Assembly: GCA_028534125.1 (NCBI GenBank)
Contig: CM052817.1
Location: 99,202,001 to 99,266,000, forward strand
Reading direction: 5' to 3'
DNA from: Lama glama
Lineage: Eukaryota
DNA length: 64,000 nucleotides
Shown: positions 24,621 to 38,620 of the stretch, in pieces
Numbering within the stretch: the stretch's first letter is position 1
Layout: each line of letters starts with the position of its first letter
Program-made: the position numbers and the translations under genes
Notes under the pieces: model-generated
What the model saw: the letters and a program-made list of their open reading frames with translations, nothing else
Databases searched by the model: none
What the model was told of the DNA's origin: nothing

Positions 24621-27600
24621 ATATAAAATTGATATAACAATCAAATTGCCAAGTAGCTGACTCTACTGGTTTCAGGGCTATTATGGTTACTACCATGTGA
24701 TTTGGGAGTGCTGCCAAGTCTCAGTTTTCTCTTCCTGAGGAAGCCATCACTCTGTTAACTTACTATACAATAAGACAAAAAATAAGTAATTGACTATCAC
24801 GTCCATGTTTCTGTTGAAGAAAACCTTTAGCTTAAATAATATATTTCCTCCACCGTAATAGTGACAATTATTTTGAAGACTTTTTACATAGGAAAGGAAT
24901 GCAAGTTTGCAAAAAGGAAAGGCATTTAAGTTGAATTTAAAATACCTTCAGACTTAATAGAAATATTATACCTAAATAAAAGTGCACGCAATTATCAATT
25001 CAACACTATAGGTAATATATGTAGCCAAAGAGCTGAATTAATTTCTCATTGTTCATTCAGTCTTTATTTGCATATGAAGTTAATTCTTTCTAACCAGTAC
25101 AGATTTTTTAAATTTATAAATACTTTATTTCAATTTGACCTTGTAATAGGAATTACAGTAAGACAGTAACTGACATAATTAAATTATAAGCACAAAGTAA
25201 AAAAACAGAATTCAAAACCAGATTCTAATTCCTATGTTAACTGTGTAACTTTGCAGATATTACTAAGCCTCTGAGCCTCAGCTTCCTTATTCTGTATAAT
25301 GGGCCTAAAAGTAATGCCTCTCTGAAACAACTTTAGGGTTCTAAAGATAAAACGAATAATCTATCAAAGCACTCTAAGAAACTGACACATAGCACTCAGT
25401 AAAAGTAAGCCACTATTATTATAATCATAGTATCACTGTCTCTATTAAACATAATTGTATAAAATTTAAATATTACAGCCATAATCCATAATAAAACGAT
25501 GGATTTAAATATTAGAAAATATTATATAAAATGTTGTGTTAAAAAATAAGACTTGGAAAATAGTTAAAATGTAGAAGAATCACATCTAGCTAAAATAAAT
25601 GACCAATTATTTAGAAGCTTACATATTCTCCGCAAAATTTCTTTATTGTCTGTTTTCATTGCCTGTATTCATTTTAATACTTTTAGTTAACAAAAAGATA
25701 AACAATAAAAGTAAATGAAAAATGAATCATGCCTGCTGTACTGGTTAACAAGCTAAAAAAAAGGAAGTGGAATAAAGAATCAGATGGATTAAATTGCTGG
25801 TTAATATGGTACCATGTAATTTAGGAAATACACATGGGTTCCCTGCTTTTGTACCTCATTCTCAAGTGAAAGTTTCTCTTTCTTACAGAAAGCTAAAGAA
25901 AAATCATGTCACATTACAATGTAAAGCAGACATTTTTTAATTCTGTAAACAATCAATCTATTATCTGCCAGGTACTGTGTTAGGTGATAGGAATTAGGAG
26001 TAAAAAAAAACTCTGTCCATAATAAAGAATCTAGAACAAGGTGTTTATTGTTACTGAGAGTGTATGTTTGAATTAAAAGTGTTTACCTTCTTTCTAACAA
26101 TACTCTAAAACATTATTACAATACTGTTGACAGTTCTGTTGGGGCAAGTTTACTAATTTTTAAACAAAGTAAATAATCTTATGTTATAAAATATAAACAT
26201 GATACCATAAAAAGCCTGCTCAAAAGATACAAAATATATAAAACTTTAATTTTTAAAATAACTTAATTAGTTAAAATAATAACTAACTTTCCTTTTAAAA
26301 GGGAAGTGAAAAAGCATCATGTGCATGTTAAATTTCCACAAAGGGAAAATTTTCTGCTCTTCTATGTAAGACAGTGCCTTCACATAATACTGACTTTTTA
26401 GAAAAATGCTTTTCTATGATTTGCCAGAGTGAGTCATTTAAAAATTATTACCCAGACATCATGCCATTATTACTCTCTTGAAAGAGATATTCTCAGCAAT
26501 ATATAGATAAAATAGTCAGCATGTGCTGTATTATTATGCATAAATGAATGCCATATATTATTTACATAGAAATTCTTTTCTTGCCATAACTGAACAAAAA
26601 GCATTTAAAAGGTAAAAAATGAGATTCAGATTTCCTCATTTTTAGTGGCTTGCATTTACTACAAAGTGACAGGACTATTCGTCATGTTTTTTCTTCAACC
26701 TATGTTGAATGAAATTCCATACATCAAAAAAAAATGCAGATATTGAACATGGAATCATATATCTGCATTCTTCTTATATAATCCTTCCTAGATGCAGAAG
26801 CAAAGTATATCTCTAGATGAATATACCACACTACAGTTTCAGATAATTCATAAAATTCTGAGACAAAACATTTGCATCTCCATTGGTCAAATTCTCCCAC
26901 TTCACCTCCATGATATGGTCACACAATGTCCGACAAGATGAACAGAGTTACATTCCTGAAAGCAAAGATGCTATATACATCAACTCTTCCAATTCACCTT
27001 ACTGAGCAAAGGCTACGTGAAAATCACTATGCTGGGAGCTTTAGGGGGATGGGAGTCATTCCCTAAGAGTTTAGAAATCATGCGAAGCAAATAGTGATAA
27101 CATGAAGCAGATAGCTGCACTGTCTGTCACTGAGAATTCAGAAAGAGACTAAGACTAAGGGAGGATTCATGTTAAAGGAAAGAAGTTATTATTTAAGTCA
27201 TATTGCCTATTGTAACCAAGAATAAACTTTCTTTCCGGTTGACCTAAGTCATTATTTAAATCGTAATACAACCCCTGTAGGCCTGAACAGTTGAGGAATC
27301 TTTGAATGGTATAAGCATTTTCTGTATTCTGAAGATCATTTTCCCTACTTAAAAAAATGACTTTCAACTCCATATATAACCTGACTATAACGTAGAGACT
27401 TCCAATCCTATAAAATATTATCATGGGGAAGAGGTATTCATGTTCATACTAAACTCAAGTGTCAAATTAAGATAATTATAGAGAATCAACCAGCACAGTA
27501 TAATACTTACTGCCATACAATGAACACTCAACAAATATTAGTTATTAATGTATGAACACCAGTAAGACAAACAAGCAAAAGCTAAATTTAAAAATTCATT

Positions 27601-28129
27601 TCACATTCTTAAATCTGATAGAATTCCCAAGGATTCTATCCTTTTATTCAATAAACAAATATTTACTGAACATCAATTACATATCTGTTACTAAGAACTG
27701 GAAATTACAAAAAGGGGCAAAAGAGAAGCATGATTTCAACTCTTATACTGAGACATAATAACATGTAAAGAAATTACTTTATAAGTGGTTTACTGTGAAG
27801 TCAATTCAAAAAAAGGGGCCAAGACAGAGAATATCCCACAGCAGGGAAGAGTCACCTACTTTGGTGGGGTGATCCCAGAAGGCCTCTGAGGTGACTTAGA
27901 AAGGGGAACATAAAGGTTAGGAGTTAAACTGTAAAAAGCAGGAAGAACACAGTTTGCTGAGACAAATGGTTAATGAGTTGTCCTATGTTAATATATCAGC
28001 ATCTTTTGACAGTTTATTGTTCTTTCCAGAACTTTTAAAAATAGACTTTCAGAACCACCAATTTCCAGCTTTCTACCTACCTTCAGGAAGAACAACTTTC
28101 TGTCGATATTCACTTATTTGGTGATCTCA

Positions 28130-28620
28130 CCCTAATCATGGCATTAAATACCACCAATTACAGTGGGGACCCCCAAATTTGTATCCTGAGCCTACACTCC
28201 TCCCAGGGATTGCAAGTTTATATATCCAACTGCCTAATGGACATCTCCACTTGGATGGCTAATAGACATTTCAAACTAAACACGTTCAAAACTGGGCTCC
28301 AGCCCTTCCGTCCTTGCCCTGATCCTTCTAAAGTCTTACCACTTGAGCAACTCCGTTCCTCTAGTTGCTCAAACAAAAACTTCCAGTCAGCCTTGATGCC
28401 CTTCATTCTTGCAATATACTAAATCTATCAGCATATCCTGTTAACTCTAAAATGAAGTAGATTAAGATTCAACCACTTCTCACTACCTTCACTGCCATTA
28501 GCCTAGTCAAAGTAATCATTTCTTATCTCAATTATTGCAGTAATTGGTCTTCCTATTTAAGCCTTTGTCTCCTTTCAATCTCTTCGTAAAACAGGAAGCA
28601 GAGTGAAGCACTTAAAATGC
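28130..28620 (+). mobile_element. L2 LINE fragment
   Basis: 'tatatccaactgcctaatggacatctccacttggatggctaatagacatttcaaactaaac' is characteristic L2 ORF2 3' sequence. Confidence 0.75.
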
Positions 28621-29287
28621 TAAAAGAGGAAGCAGCAGAGGGAAGTCAAGAGAAGGTTCTGAGTTTGCCTTCGGTTTATTTAAAGACAGAATATATTTTA
28701 ACACATTCCTCTGCTTTTCCATGAGAAAAGGAAGACTGATTCAGAAAAGAGAAGAAGTAAGTGAATAAGCAAAGTCTGGCCGAATACATTTGCCAGTGAA
28801 AAAGGTGGGGCTCTCGAGTGGGAGGAAACTAACAAATATATATTGGTTAGTTTGGTGATGAACAGATGCAATGTTCATTCCAAGTTGATGAGATCTGTTT
28901 CCGTAAAAACGAAATATGAGTTAAGGACTTCAGTTGACAGTGCGTTTATAGGAGGACATTTGGTTTTGAAGAGTGGGGAAAAGTATGAATGAAATCATTT
29001 ACGTGGGGTAATGCTAAATGAATTAGTTTAACTGAGTACTTGCCAAAGGACGAAGTAACACTTAGTTGTTAGGATGGCTTGGTACTCTTCTCGTCTGCTA
29101 CACTCTACCAGTGGCTTAAACAGAGCGACAATTCAACTACTATCTATCAGCTAAAAACATCCAAGTATAACTTGAATATCCAGCTATATCTTACCTAGCC
29201 ACTAAATCTGTATTTCCAGATTGCTATCAGATATGTCCATGTGCAGTTCCCCCAAAACCAAAGCCTGAATACATTCCAAACTGCTCT

Positions 29288-29753
29288 TGAAAGACTAGAA
29301 AAATAACAAGATGGTTCTTGAGTTGTTTGGGCCTGTAATTCTAGCTAAACTAATCATATGACTAAAACGCTCCCTTCCCTGTGCATTCTTTTCTTGAAAT
29401 AGTAACATCCTTTTACCCTAGAGGTCTTGAACGAAGGTCATGGACTGAACCTCAAAAAAATGGGTAGACCCTCCTAAACTTGTCCATAACAACAGCCAGT
29501 TCTTATCAAGATGAAGAGAATGTAACACCTTGCAACATGCCCTGATTGTTATTACCTTTTCTGTCCCATCCAGTTTTTCTATAAAACCTTAAAATCCCAA
29601 CTCCAAGACGGATTCACAGTCTTTAAGGCATTAGCCTGCTATGGCTCCCTTTGCCTGGCAAAGCAATAAAATTGTTCTTTCTATTCTCCTAAAACTCTGC
29701 TACCAACTCTCAATTCAGCTCTCTGGGTACAGAGGCTGGTTTTTCAGTTAACA
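29288..29753 (+). mobile_element. ERV1-class solo LTR, same family as 20542-21096
   Basis: TG...CA termini, 4-bp TSD ctct, and shared 3' block 'cctggcaaagcaataaa...aaaactctgc...tctcaattcagct...ggtacagaggc'. Confidence 0.85.
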
Positions 29754-29889
29754 CTCTTCTCAATGTTCTTTCTCCTAATTTCCCAATGAAGAGGATTACA
29801 GTATCTAGCAACTCAGGCAAAACAAACTCTTTTAAGCCTTTTGCAATGCTCAATATACTGAACAGCTCCACGTACTCAAAAATATTTTT

Positions 29890-31870
29890 TTAAATAATTC
29901 ATTAAAATGAAATTCACCAAAAATTAGCCACTTTAAAGTACACAATTCAATGACATTAAGTACACTAACAATGTTGTGCAACCATCACAATTATCTAGTT
30001 CCAAAACATTTCCATCACTCCAAAGTTAACTCTTCATCTATTCAGCCATTTCTCTCCATTCCCCACTCCCCAGCCAATGGCAACCACCAATCTGCATTCT
30101 GTCTTTACGGGTTTATGTATTTTGCATATTTCATAAAAATGATTTATATATTTTTGTGCTTTGGCTTCTTACACTTAGCATTACATTTTAAGAATCATCT
30201 ATATTGTAGTATGTATCAGTACTATGTTCCTTTTTTATGACTGCATAATATTTCACTGTATGTACATAGCACAATTTGTTTATCCACTCATGCACTGATG
30301 GACATTTAGGCTGTTTCCACTTTTGGGCTATTGTGAATTGTGCTACTATAAATATGCTCTGTGTTAGTAAAGGTTTTCAAGAGGAACTGAACCAATAAGA
30401 TATACAGACTTACATATTAGAGATTTATTAAAGTGATTGGTTCACAGGGTCAAGAAGTCCCACAATCCACAATCTGAAAGCTGAAGAACCAGGAAAACTG
30501 GTTGTGTAACTCAGTCTGAGAACTGGAAGGGGATAATGGGTTAAGTCTTTCTCCTAGTCCAAAAACCTGAGAATCAGGAGCACTAATGTCCAAAGGCAGG
30601 ATAAGATAAATGTCTCAGCTCAAGCAGAGAGTAAGTTCACCCTTCCTCCACTTTTCTGCATTATTCAGGCCCTCAGTAGATTGGATACTGCCCACCAGCA
30701 CTAAGGAGGGTGATCATCTTTATTCACTCTACTTATTCAAATACTAATCTCTTCTGGAAACACCCTCACAGACACACACAATGGTAATATTATAACAGCT
30801 ATCTGGGTATCCTAGTCAAGCTGACACACAAACTAAACAACACCTGCATGCACCTATACTTATTCAAGTAACTACTTTCAGTTCTTTCGGATATATTACT
30901 AGGAATGTAATTATTGGGTCATATGGTAATTTTTTCAAATTTTTGTAGAACTACTAAACTGTTTCCATAGCGTCTATACCATCTGACATTTTACCAACAG
31001 TATATAAATGTTCTGATATCTATCATACCCTTACCAACATTTGTTACTGCCTATCTTATTTTAGCTGTGCTAGTGGGGGTGAAGTGGCATCTCACTGTGG
31101 TTTTGATTTGCATTTCCCTAATGACTAATCCTGTTGAACAGCTTTTTACGTATTAGTTGGCCATTTTGTATATCTTCTTCAGAGAAAAGTCCATTTAAGT
31201 TCTTTGCTCATTTTTTCATTTGGGTTATTTGATTTTTTGTTGTGGAGCTAAATAAATCTTAACATCTGGAAAACAGACCCTTATGAGACACAGAATTGTA
31301 AATATTTTCTCCCATTCTATAGGTTATCTTTTTACTTTCTTGATAATGCCCTGTAATACTCAGAGGTTTTAATTTTGATGACATCCAATTACCAATTTTT
31401 CTTTGGATACCTGTGCTTTTGGTGTCATATCTAAGAATTCATTTCCACATCCACAGTAATGAAGATTAACCACCATATTTCTTCCTAAGAGTTTATGGTT
31501 TAGCTCTTATGTTTAGGTCATTGATCCATTGAGAATTAATCTTCGTATATAGTAGGACGTAGGGATCAATTTTCCTCTTTCACATGTGGATATCGAGTTG
31601 TCTTAGTACACTCTGTTGAAGAGGCTATTCTTTTCACATTGAATTATCTTGTCACCCTTTTCAAAAATCAATTGGTCTTATATGTACAAATTTACTTCTG
31701 GACTCTCAGTTCTATTCTTCTGTTATAAATGTCTATAATTACGCCAGTACCAGGATTACTACAGCCCTGTAGTAAATTTTCAAATCAGGACATGTGAGTG
31801 CTCTAATTTTGTTCTTTTTTCTTTCAAGACTGCTTTGGCCACTCAGGGCCACTTGCAATTCCACATGAAT
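29890..31870 (-). mobile_element. L1 (L1MB-type) 3' portion, interrupted by an MLT2 LTR
   Basis: Reverse-strand L1 motifs 'ttgtgcaaccatcac', 'gatggacatttaggctgtttccac' and 'gtggttttgatttgcatttccctaatgactaat'. Confidence 0.85.
30360..30843. mobile_element. MLT2-type ERVL solo LTR
   Basis: Start 'tgtgttagtaaaggttttcaagaggaactgaaccaataaga' and end 'gctatctgggtatcctagtcaagctgacacacaaactaaacaacac'. Confidence 0.8.
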
Positions 31871-33429
31871 TTCAAAAATAAATAATTTTTAAAATAATTT
31901 TTAAAATCTCCATTTCCTTTTAGATGTAATTTTTCATTCTCAAATTAAAACATTTCATCTACTGAATCGTATCCTATGGTCTAATACTCTGCTGAAAACA
32001 AGAATCAATAAAAAATAGTCCCCACTTAAAACAAAGACATCTGAATTGTTACTACTCCTCCATTTGATGCTATGTCAATTTATTATGTCAGCAAATTATA
32101 TTCAAGAATGTAATATAAACTAGAACGATATATTTGGAGAATTATGCTAATAAATATTTTAAATTGCCTAATCAACCATATACCATACATCCACTGGTAA
32201 AAGCTGATTCTCTATAAAGGACCTAAAATATTAACAGTTTAAATACTATAATTATAAATAAGTCCACAAGTTAGGATTATACCAGGACTTTCATTGGCTG
32301 TTCATATATGAACTTACTAATATTTTAAAGAATGACCATTTGAGACATCTAAAAATAGCAAGCTATAGGTAGATGTTCATAATTTATCACAAAGAACCAT
32401 ATTATCTGTGAAAAGTGTTTTTTGTAGTAGTGGAGAATAATGGGCATTGAATTTCAAGCATAATACCGGCTGAAGACAGATTGTGGCTCAGTAGTATCAG
32501 TAAACACATTCACAAAACAAACAATCTATATCAAAAATCATCCCTTATACAAATAAAATTGATAAACTAATACAAAAAAACACACAAGCTTTCTTATATT
32601 TAAAATTATTCTGCTGTATGATAACCAAAAGATCCATTAAATTCAAAGGTAATTAGCCCAACTTATAGTTCTGTACAACTGCTTATATCTACACCTAGAA
32701 AATACAGATGTCTGAAATTATACATCTTAAGGAATAACCTAGTTTGACATTCTAAGGGGAACAGAATCTAAACCCCTAGAAATTACTGGAAGAAAATCAC
32801 TTAGGGCAATCACATATCTGATATATATCAGATTTATATTTAGATTAACATTTAAGATTAAAATTTTAGATTCACACTTAGAATAAGAAAGTAAACCATC
32901 AACAGAAAATAACTGCCAAACCCAGACTATAAAATGGCACTTTAAGAGAATTAAAACTATGTGGATGTCTTACACTTTACGCATGAAGAAACACAAATGA
33001 ACAGAAGGCCAACAAATTTTTTAGCAGCTGGAAATGCTAAATTTAATTACTGAAGAGAAATCATGCAGAGAAGCTGGCTGCCAAACAAGATTTACAATGA
33101 ATTCCTGAAGTCATGTAAAAGTACCAAGAAATCTTCAATATTCACTGATATTCATAAACCCAGATTTAAAGGCTATGTGGATAATATACATGATCCCCCA
33201 AACTCTACAGCATGAGAATATAATACAGTGTGTTAGTCTAATAACAAAAAAGCAAAATAAAAAAATTTTAACACTAATTAGACAAACCAATTAAAGCACT
33301 ACTGAGGCTAAATGAATACACTGTAGATGATTCCTATTAAAAAGAATACTGGTTGGAAAATTTTTATGTGTCCACATATAACAGATCTCTGAGATACGAA
33401 CTATATTTATTCTTCAATTTGTGATTTCA

Positions 33430-34745
33430 ATATATATATACATAACATATGCAAACATATGTACATATATATTACACATGTATGTATTTATATGTGGATG
33501 AATAATATTGCACTGTCTGAATATCCCAGATTTTCTTTATCCATTCATCAGCTGATGGACATTTGGGTGAATTCTACTTTTCGGTTATTATGAATAACAC
33601 CATTATATATAAGGTTTCACGTGGATGCGTGTTTTCAATTTTCTTGGGTATACACATAATAGTGGAATTACTGGGTCATAAGGTAACTCTATAATTAACC
33701 ATTTAAGAAACTGCCAACCTGTTTTCTGACATGGATGCACCATTTTACATTCCCACCATTGGCATACAGGGGTTCTAATTTCATTATATCCCTACCAACT
33801 CCTGTTATTAGCTGCCTTGTCTATTACAACTATTCCAGCAGGTAAAAAGTGGTATCTCATTGTGGTTTCAATTTGCGTTTCCTTAATGATAACGATGTTA
33901 AGCATCTTTTCACGTGTTTATTGGCCATTTGCATATCATCCTCAAAGAAATACCTATTCAAATCCTCTACCTATTTTTAAATTCTGATATTTGTCTCTTC
34001 ATTGGTATATCTGCAGTTTTATAACTACTTGACAATCAGCAGTCAGTTCTCATTTACAACATCTCTCGATTTTCTAAAGTGGTGACAGGTACCTAGTTAG
34101 CCAATGGATACAGCTTATGTGATGATTCTTCATCCTCTTTCCATCTTCTAGACAACAGCACACTAATAAGGTGTAAGACCTTCCTCATTCCATTGGCCCA
34201 GACAGCTCTGCTGACCCTGGTGTCAATGCACACATCAGGAGTTCCCATCTTCTTCATGGCAAATTTCCGAATCTCTTTTGAGTGCCCAAAGGCCATGCCT
34301 CTTGAAGCCCACAGTGTGAACGTGTATTCTTCGATCTCTATCTTGTTGATGGTACAATGGCCCTTCATCCTGCCACCACATTTCGTGGGAGTCATTCTGC
34401 TCGGCCCAGGTTGGAAACAAAAGGCACAAAGTATCCTGAGAAAAGGAAAGGAGCATGGCAACTATGGCTTCCTGGTTGCCTGGAGGCAGGAGGAGAAGGA
34501 GGCAGATCTCTCTTTAGTGTTGAGTTGTAAAACTTCATTATATTCTAGATATTCTTCATATTCTTCTTATATTCTAGATACTAGACTCTTATCAAAGATC
34601 AGATTGGCAATAAATTCTCCCATTCGGTGGATTGTCCTTTCCCCTTCTTCATAGTGCCTTCTGAACCCCAAACACTGTAGACTTCTGTAAAGTCCAATTT
34701 ATCTATTTGTTCTTTGGTTGCGACTATCACTTTCAAAGTCTGGAG
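33430..34745 (-). mobile_element. L1 3' portion hosting the RPL31 retrocopy
   Basis: Reverse L1 motifs 'tttatccattcatcagctgatggacatttggg' and 'gtggtatctcattgtggttt'. L1 sequence resumes at about 34510. Confidence 0.8.
34005..34508 (-). pseudogene. RPL31: Processed pseudogene of 60S ribosomal protein L31 (eL31)
   Basis: Minus-strand translations contain KEIRKFAMKKMGTPDVCIDTRVSRAVWANG...LLSRRWKEDEESSHKLY and HTVGFKR. ATG at 34395-34393, ancestral stop at about 34045-34043. Intronless, frameshifted, with a premature stop. Degenerate 11-bp TSD (9/11 match). Confidence 0.95.
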
Positions 34746-36724
34746 ACTGAAAGAATTACTGTGCCTATGATGAAAACAAAGCTGAGCACGGGGCAGGTAC
34801 ACACATAAAATATATAATTCAGGTTTGGAATATCCAAAAAATTTTTTTATCTTTGTGAATGAACTGTGGTATGTAATCTCTCCTTTTCTCCCTAAAATTT
34901 AGGTATCATATTTTTTTAAACCATAGCTTTAAAAGAAAAATGTTTTAGTAAAAGAAAAAAAAATAAATGAACAACTGTGTCACCTCTCCAGTTAACATTC
35001 TAAATGTTGACAATATCCATGCATTAATTATTAGTAACTGTTCAGTTAGCAAAACAACAAACAACAACAACAACAAAACTTTAAAACACAATAGAATTGT
35101 TTGACATGAGCCCTAACAAACATGAGAGTGTAATATATGATAAAGAAAGCCTCACGAACCAAAGAAAGGTAATTTTGAGAAACCGGTTAATACTTTTGGA
35201 GAAAATCAGATTAGTCTTATCTATACGATACAAAGAAAAATACCTCCAATACTTATAAAACTAAAATTAAAGTCTACACCCATAGAAAATCAGAAGAAAA
35301 TACAGAATACTTCAGTAATCCTGAGATGAGAAAAAACACTTACTAAGCCTAAAAGTAATGAAAGCAATGATTGGTAAAGGAAAATCTTTAAATTCGATTA
35401 TATTTAAATGGCTATAAATATCATGAAGAAAAAGTAAATTCTGGGGAAAAATACAGCAACAAAATAAAACAAAGGTCAATACATTCAAAATATAAAGCCA
35501 TTTGATAAATCAGCAATAAAATCATAAATATTTATTTTGGGCAACGAAAGCAAATAGATATTAATAAAAATAGTCATCATAATGAAACAGTGTTCAACTT
35601 CTCACTCACTAGTAACAAAAACAATGTAGTCTTTAAAACAATAGACAATATACTTTTATTTATCAAACTGAAAACTATTCAAATGTGGCAATGTGCAGTG
35701 AAATGGGAAAATGTATGAGATGAAGAATTTTGGAAAGAAATTTATCAATATGTATTAAGATACTCAAAGGAATTCACTCCAACCCCAGATTTTCACTTAA
35801 ATTAATTTAGCCCACCTAAAAAAATCAAAAATGCAAATAAAGATTTATGAACACTGATATTCTTCATAACTTTCTTTGTAAGAGCAAATTATACAGAATT
35901 TAAGTATTTAAGAATAAAGAATCGTAAAATTAATTATTACATGTTTATATTCAGGAAAATCACAGTTTTATAGATCGATGTTTCTAAAAATATTTCAAGA
36001 ATGGCAAACTGCTCAGAAAAAATTATTTTAATGTCAGCTTTTTAAAAAGCATCCTTATAATTCTAATTTGGTAAGTGGGTACTTTCAGTGAATGAGTAAA
36101 TGAGCATAGGAGTATTTTAAAAATACAGTAAGGTACACGGGACCTTTGTAGTACTTTCACTACTTGTAGGTCTACAATTATTTCAACTTTAAATTAAAAG
36201 AAAAACAATGGAGTTAAACAGTAGTTAAAGCTAGACAATTAATGATTTTTATTCATATTTTTCAGTATTTTCTAAACTTCCTATAATAAACATGTATCTT
36301 ACTACAATTAGGAAAATAAATACTTATTTTGAATAACAAAAAGCAAATGATCATCGATCATAAAAAAATGCAAATACTAAAGAGATAAATCAGATAATTC
36401 ATCAAAATTAACCCTAAAATTGGTAGTTTAGGTCTCTAGTAATGTATTTGTTAATATGCTCATACTCCTTCAGAACTGTTAAACATATGTTGAATAATAT
36501 ATTATTTCAACAGCAAAACACTTAATGATACCATAAGGCCAACAGAGGATATGGGGACAGAGAATACACTGGGTAATTGTTATGAGACATGAGTTCTGAT
36601 TCAAAATATCAATTTACTAGCTATGTAACAAAGGCAAAATCACATTCTCTCATTCTATCCTGCATACTTTCACAGATCTGTTATGATGCTGAAATGAGAA
36701 AATGTGCATTAAATCACTTAGTAG

Positions 36725-36975
36725 ATGATGTGAGAGGTCACGTAACACAGTGGTCCTAACTTTGTATCAGACTACTTGGATTCAAATCCTAAATTCATCA
36801 TATATTAGCTGTATAATTTATAGCAAGTTTTTTAACCTCTCTGTGCTTCAAGTTTTCTTATCCATAAAACTAGGATAATGATAATAATATTTACCTCAAA
36901 GGGGGTTATTATAAATATTTATTTTATACTTGCTAAGAGTCTTGATGAATAAGTGGTGCCATAGAAGTGCTTACT
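36725..36975 (+). mobile_element. MIR SINE
   Basis: 'cagactacttggattcaaatcc...tagctgtataatttatagcaagttttttaacctctctgtgcttcaagttttcttatccataaaac'. Confidence 0.75.
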
Positions 36976-37306
36976 GATTTTAAAAAATGTGAAAGTACTT
37001 AACTGGCCAAAAAAAAAAAAAAGTTCACTATTTTATTGGGAAATATTTTGTTTGCTTATGTGAAAAATAAGTCCTTCATCTAAAAGAAAAATATATAGAT
37101 TGCTATATTAAAAATTAAGTATTTCATGGCCCTTTTTTTCATAAAAAAGACTATTTTTATTACTTTAAATAAGCTAACTAGCCACCAAGTTTGCAGTTCC
37201 ACTGAAGCTAATATGAAGTGAATTTTACTGTAGAATATGTGAAATTCAAAGCAACATCAGCCAAAAGGGCATGAAGAAATTCTTGCTCCAGTGGACTTTA
37301 ACTTAC

Positions 37307-37314
37307 ATAGAGTC
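37307..37314 (-). other. Candidate 8-nt micro-exon
   Basis: Minus strand: aataacttcgttttcag|GACTCTAT|gtaagt. Confidence 0.35.
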
Positions 37315-38589
37315 CTGAAAACGAAGTTATTATCTGATAATCTTGATCATATGTTTTACAGATATATCATACTAGTTTAAATAAACTAAACTTTGACGGA
37401 CAATTTTTTAAACAATAAGTCATGAATTGTGTACCCCTACCTACACACTATATTTACAAGACAGGGTCCAATGTTTTGCACAACATAATTTTTTAACAAA
37501 CATTCTGTTTACAGCTGTAAGATTAAAAAATAAAGATGTACGCCTAATCAATGATGTCATGACATTCAAGGAACCTCTACATAAATCAAAACAGAAGATG
37601 TCAAGGATATCCCACTCCAGTGATAATCATGCGATGAACTAAAGAGATGTGCATTTCAGATCTACAGTGTCATCAATCCCCTGATAATAAATGAAACAAG
37701 TCAGCTACTTTACAACCACAAATGGTATATTAAATACATGACAACATCTCTTTTCTACAGGAGGAAGTAACTAGCAGTAGATAAAGTTCAGATATATTAT
37801 TAAAGAATGCACAGCATGAATTCAAGGCTGAATATAGATAACATTTAGAATATAAGCTGTCTAGGAAAAAATATGCTTCATCTTGCAGAGTATTATTTAA
37901 GATTTAAGAGCAATATAGTTAGAAATATATTAAACATAAACATGCTTTAGTCGATTGGGGTTTTGTAATATTAACAAAGGGAATTCTTTTTCTATGAAAA
38001 TAAAAGACTAGGAAATATTAAAAATGTTTGCTCTCTTAAAATTGACTCTCATGTGAAACAGTTGAACAAATATATTTTCTCTACTAAAAATTTAAGTAAC
38101 AATAAAATCTGTTTGGAAATACTTGTTTTTATTTAGATATTTTATTACCATGCTTTAGAATGTTATACAATATTATAAATCTCATAGCAAGATGATAAAG
38201 ATTAAAATGAAAATCTATAGTAGATATAGCATAAAATTAAATAGCTTAGAATAAAGCTGCTATGTATGCCACGATTAAATCCTATTCACACTTTCTATAG
38301 AAATCAAATAAAATGTGAACCAAATACAGAGATTTGTGATTAAGAGATAAACTGACTCTATCTGGATTCCAGCTGTAACTCTGGGTTATTTCCTCTTTAA
38401 TCTGTTTTCTCATTTATAAAATCAGAGATAGTAACAGTACCACCTCAGAGGTTTACTGTAAGGATTAAATTAGTTAAAACTTACAAAGCACTCATAACAG
38501 TTTCTGACACAACTTAAGGACTCATGAAATATTAGCTACACTGTCACCACTACCCCCAACCTAAAGTGGAAATTTTATATATATGCATG

Positions 38590-38593
<4 letters not shown>

Positions 38594-38620
<27 letters not shown>
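38594..38620. repeat. (CA)n microsatellite
   Basis: Directly visible. Confidence 0.95.

Noticed and set aside
20542..29753. Two related same-orientation LTRs about 8.7 kb apart, suggesting a full provirus
   Set aside because: Each has its own distinct 4-bp TSD (ttat vs ctct), they are clearly diverged, and the intervening DNA has no gag/pol/env remnants. They are independent solo LTRs.
34193..34654. Longest ORF in the window (153 aa, + strand)
   Set aside because: It is the antisense reading of the RPL31 pseudogene running into L1 sequence.
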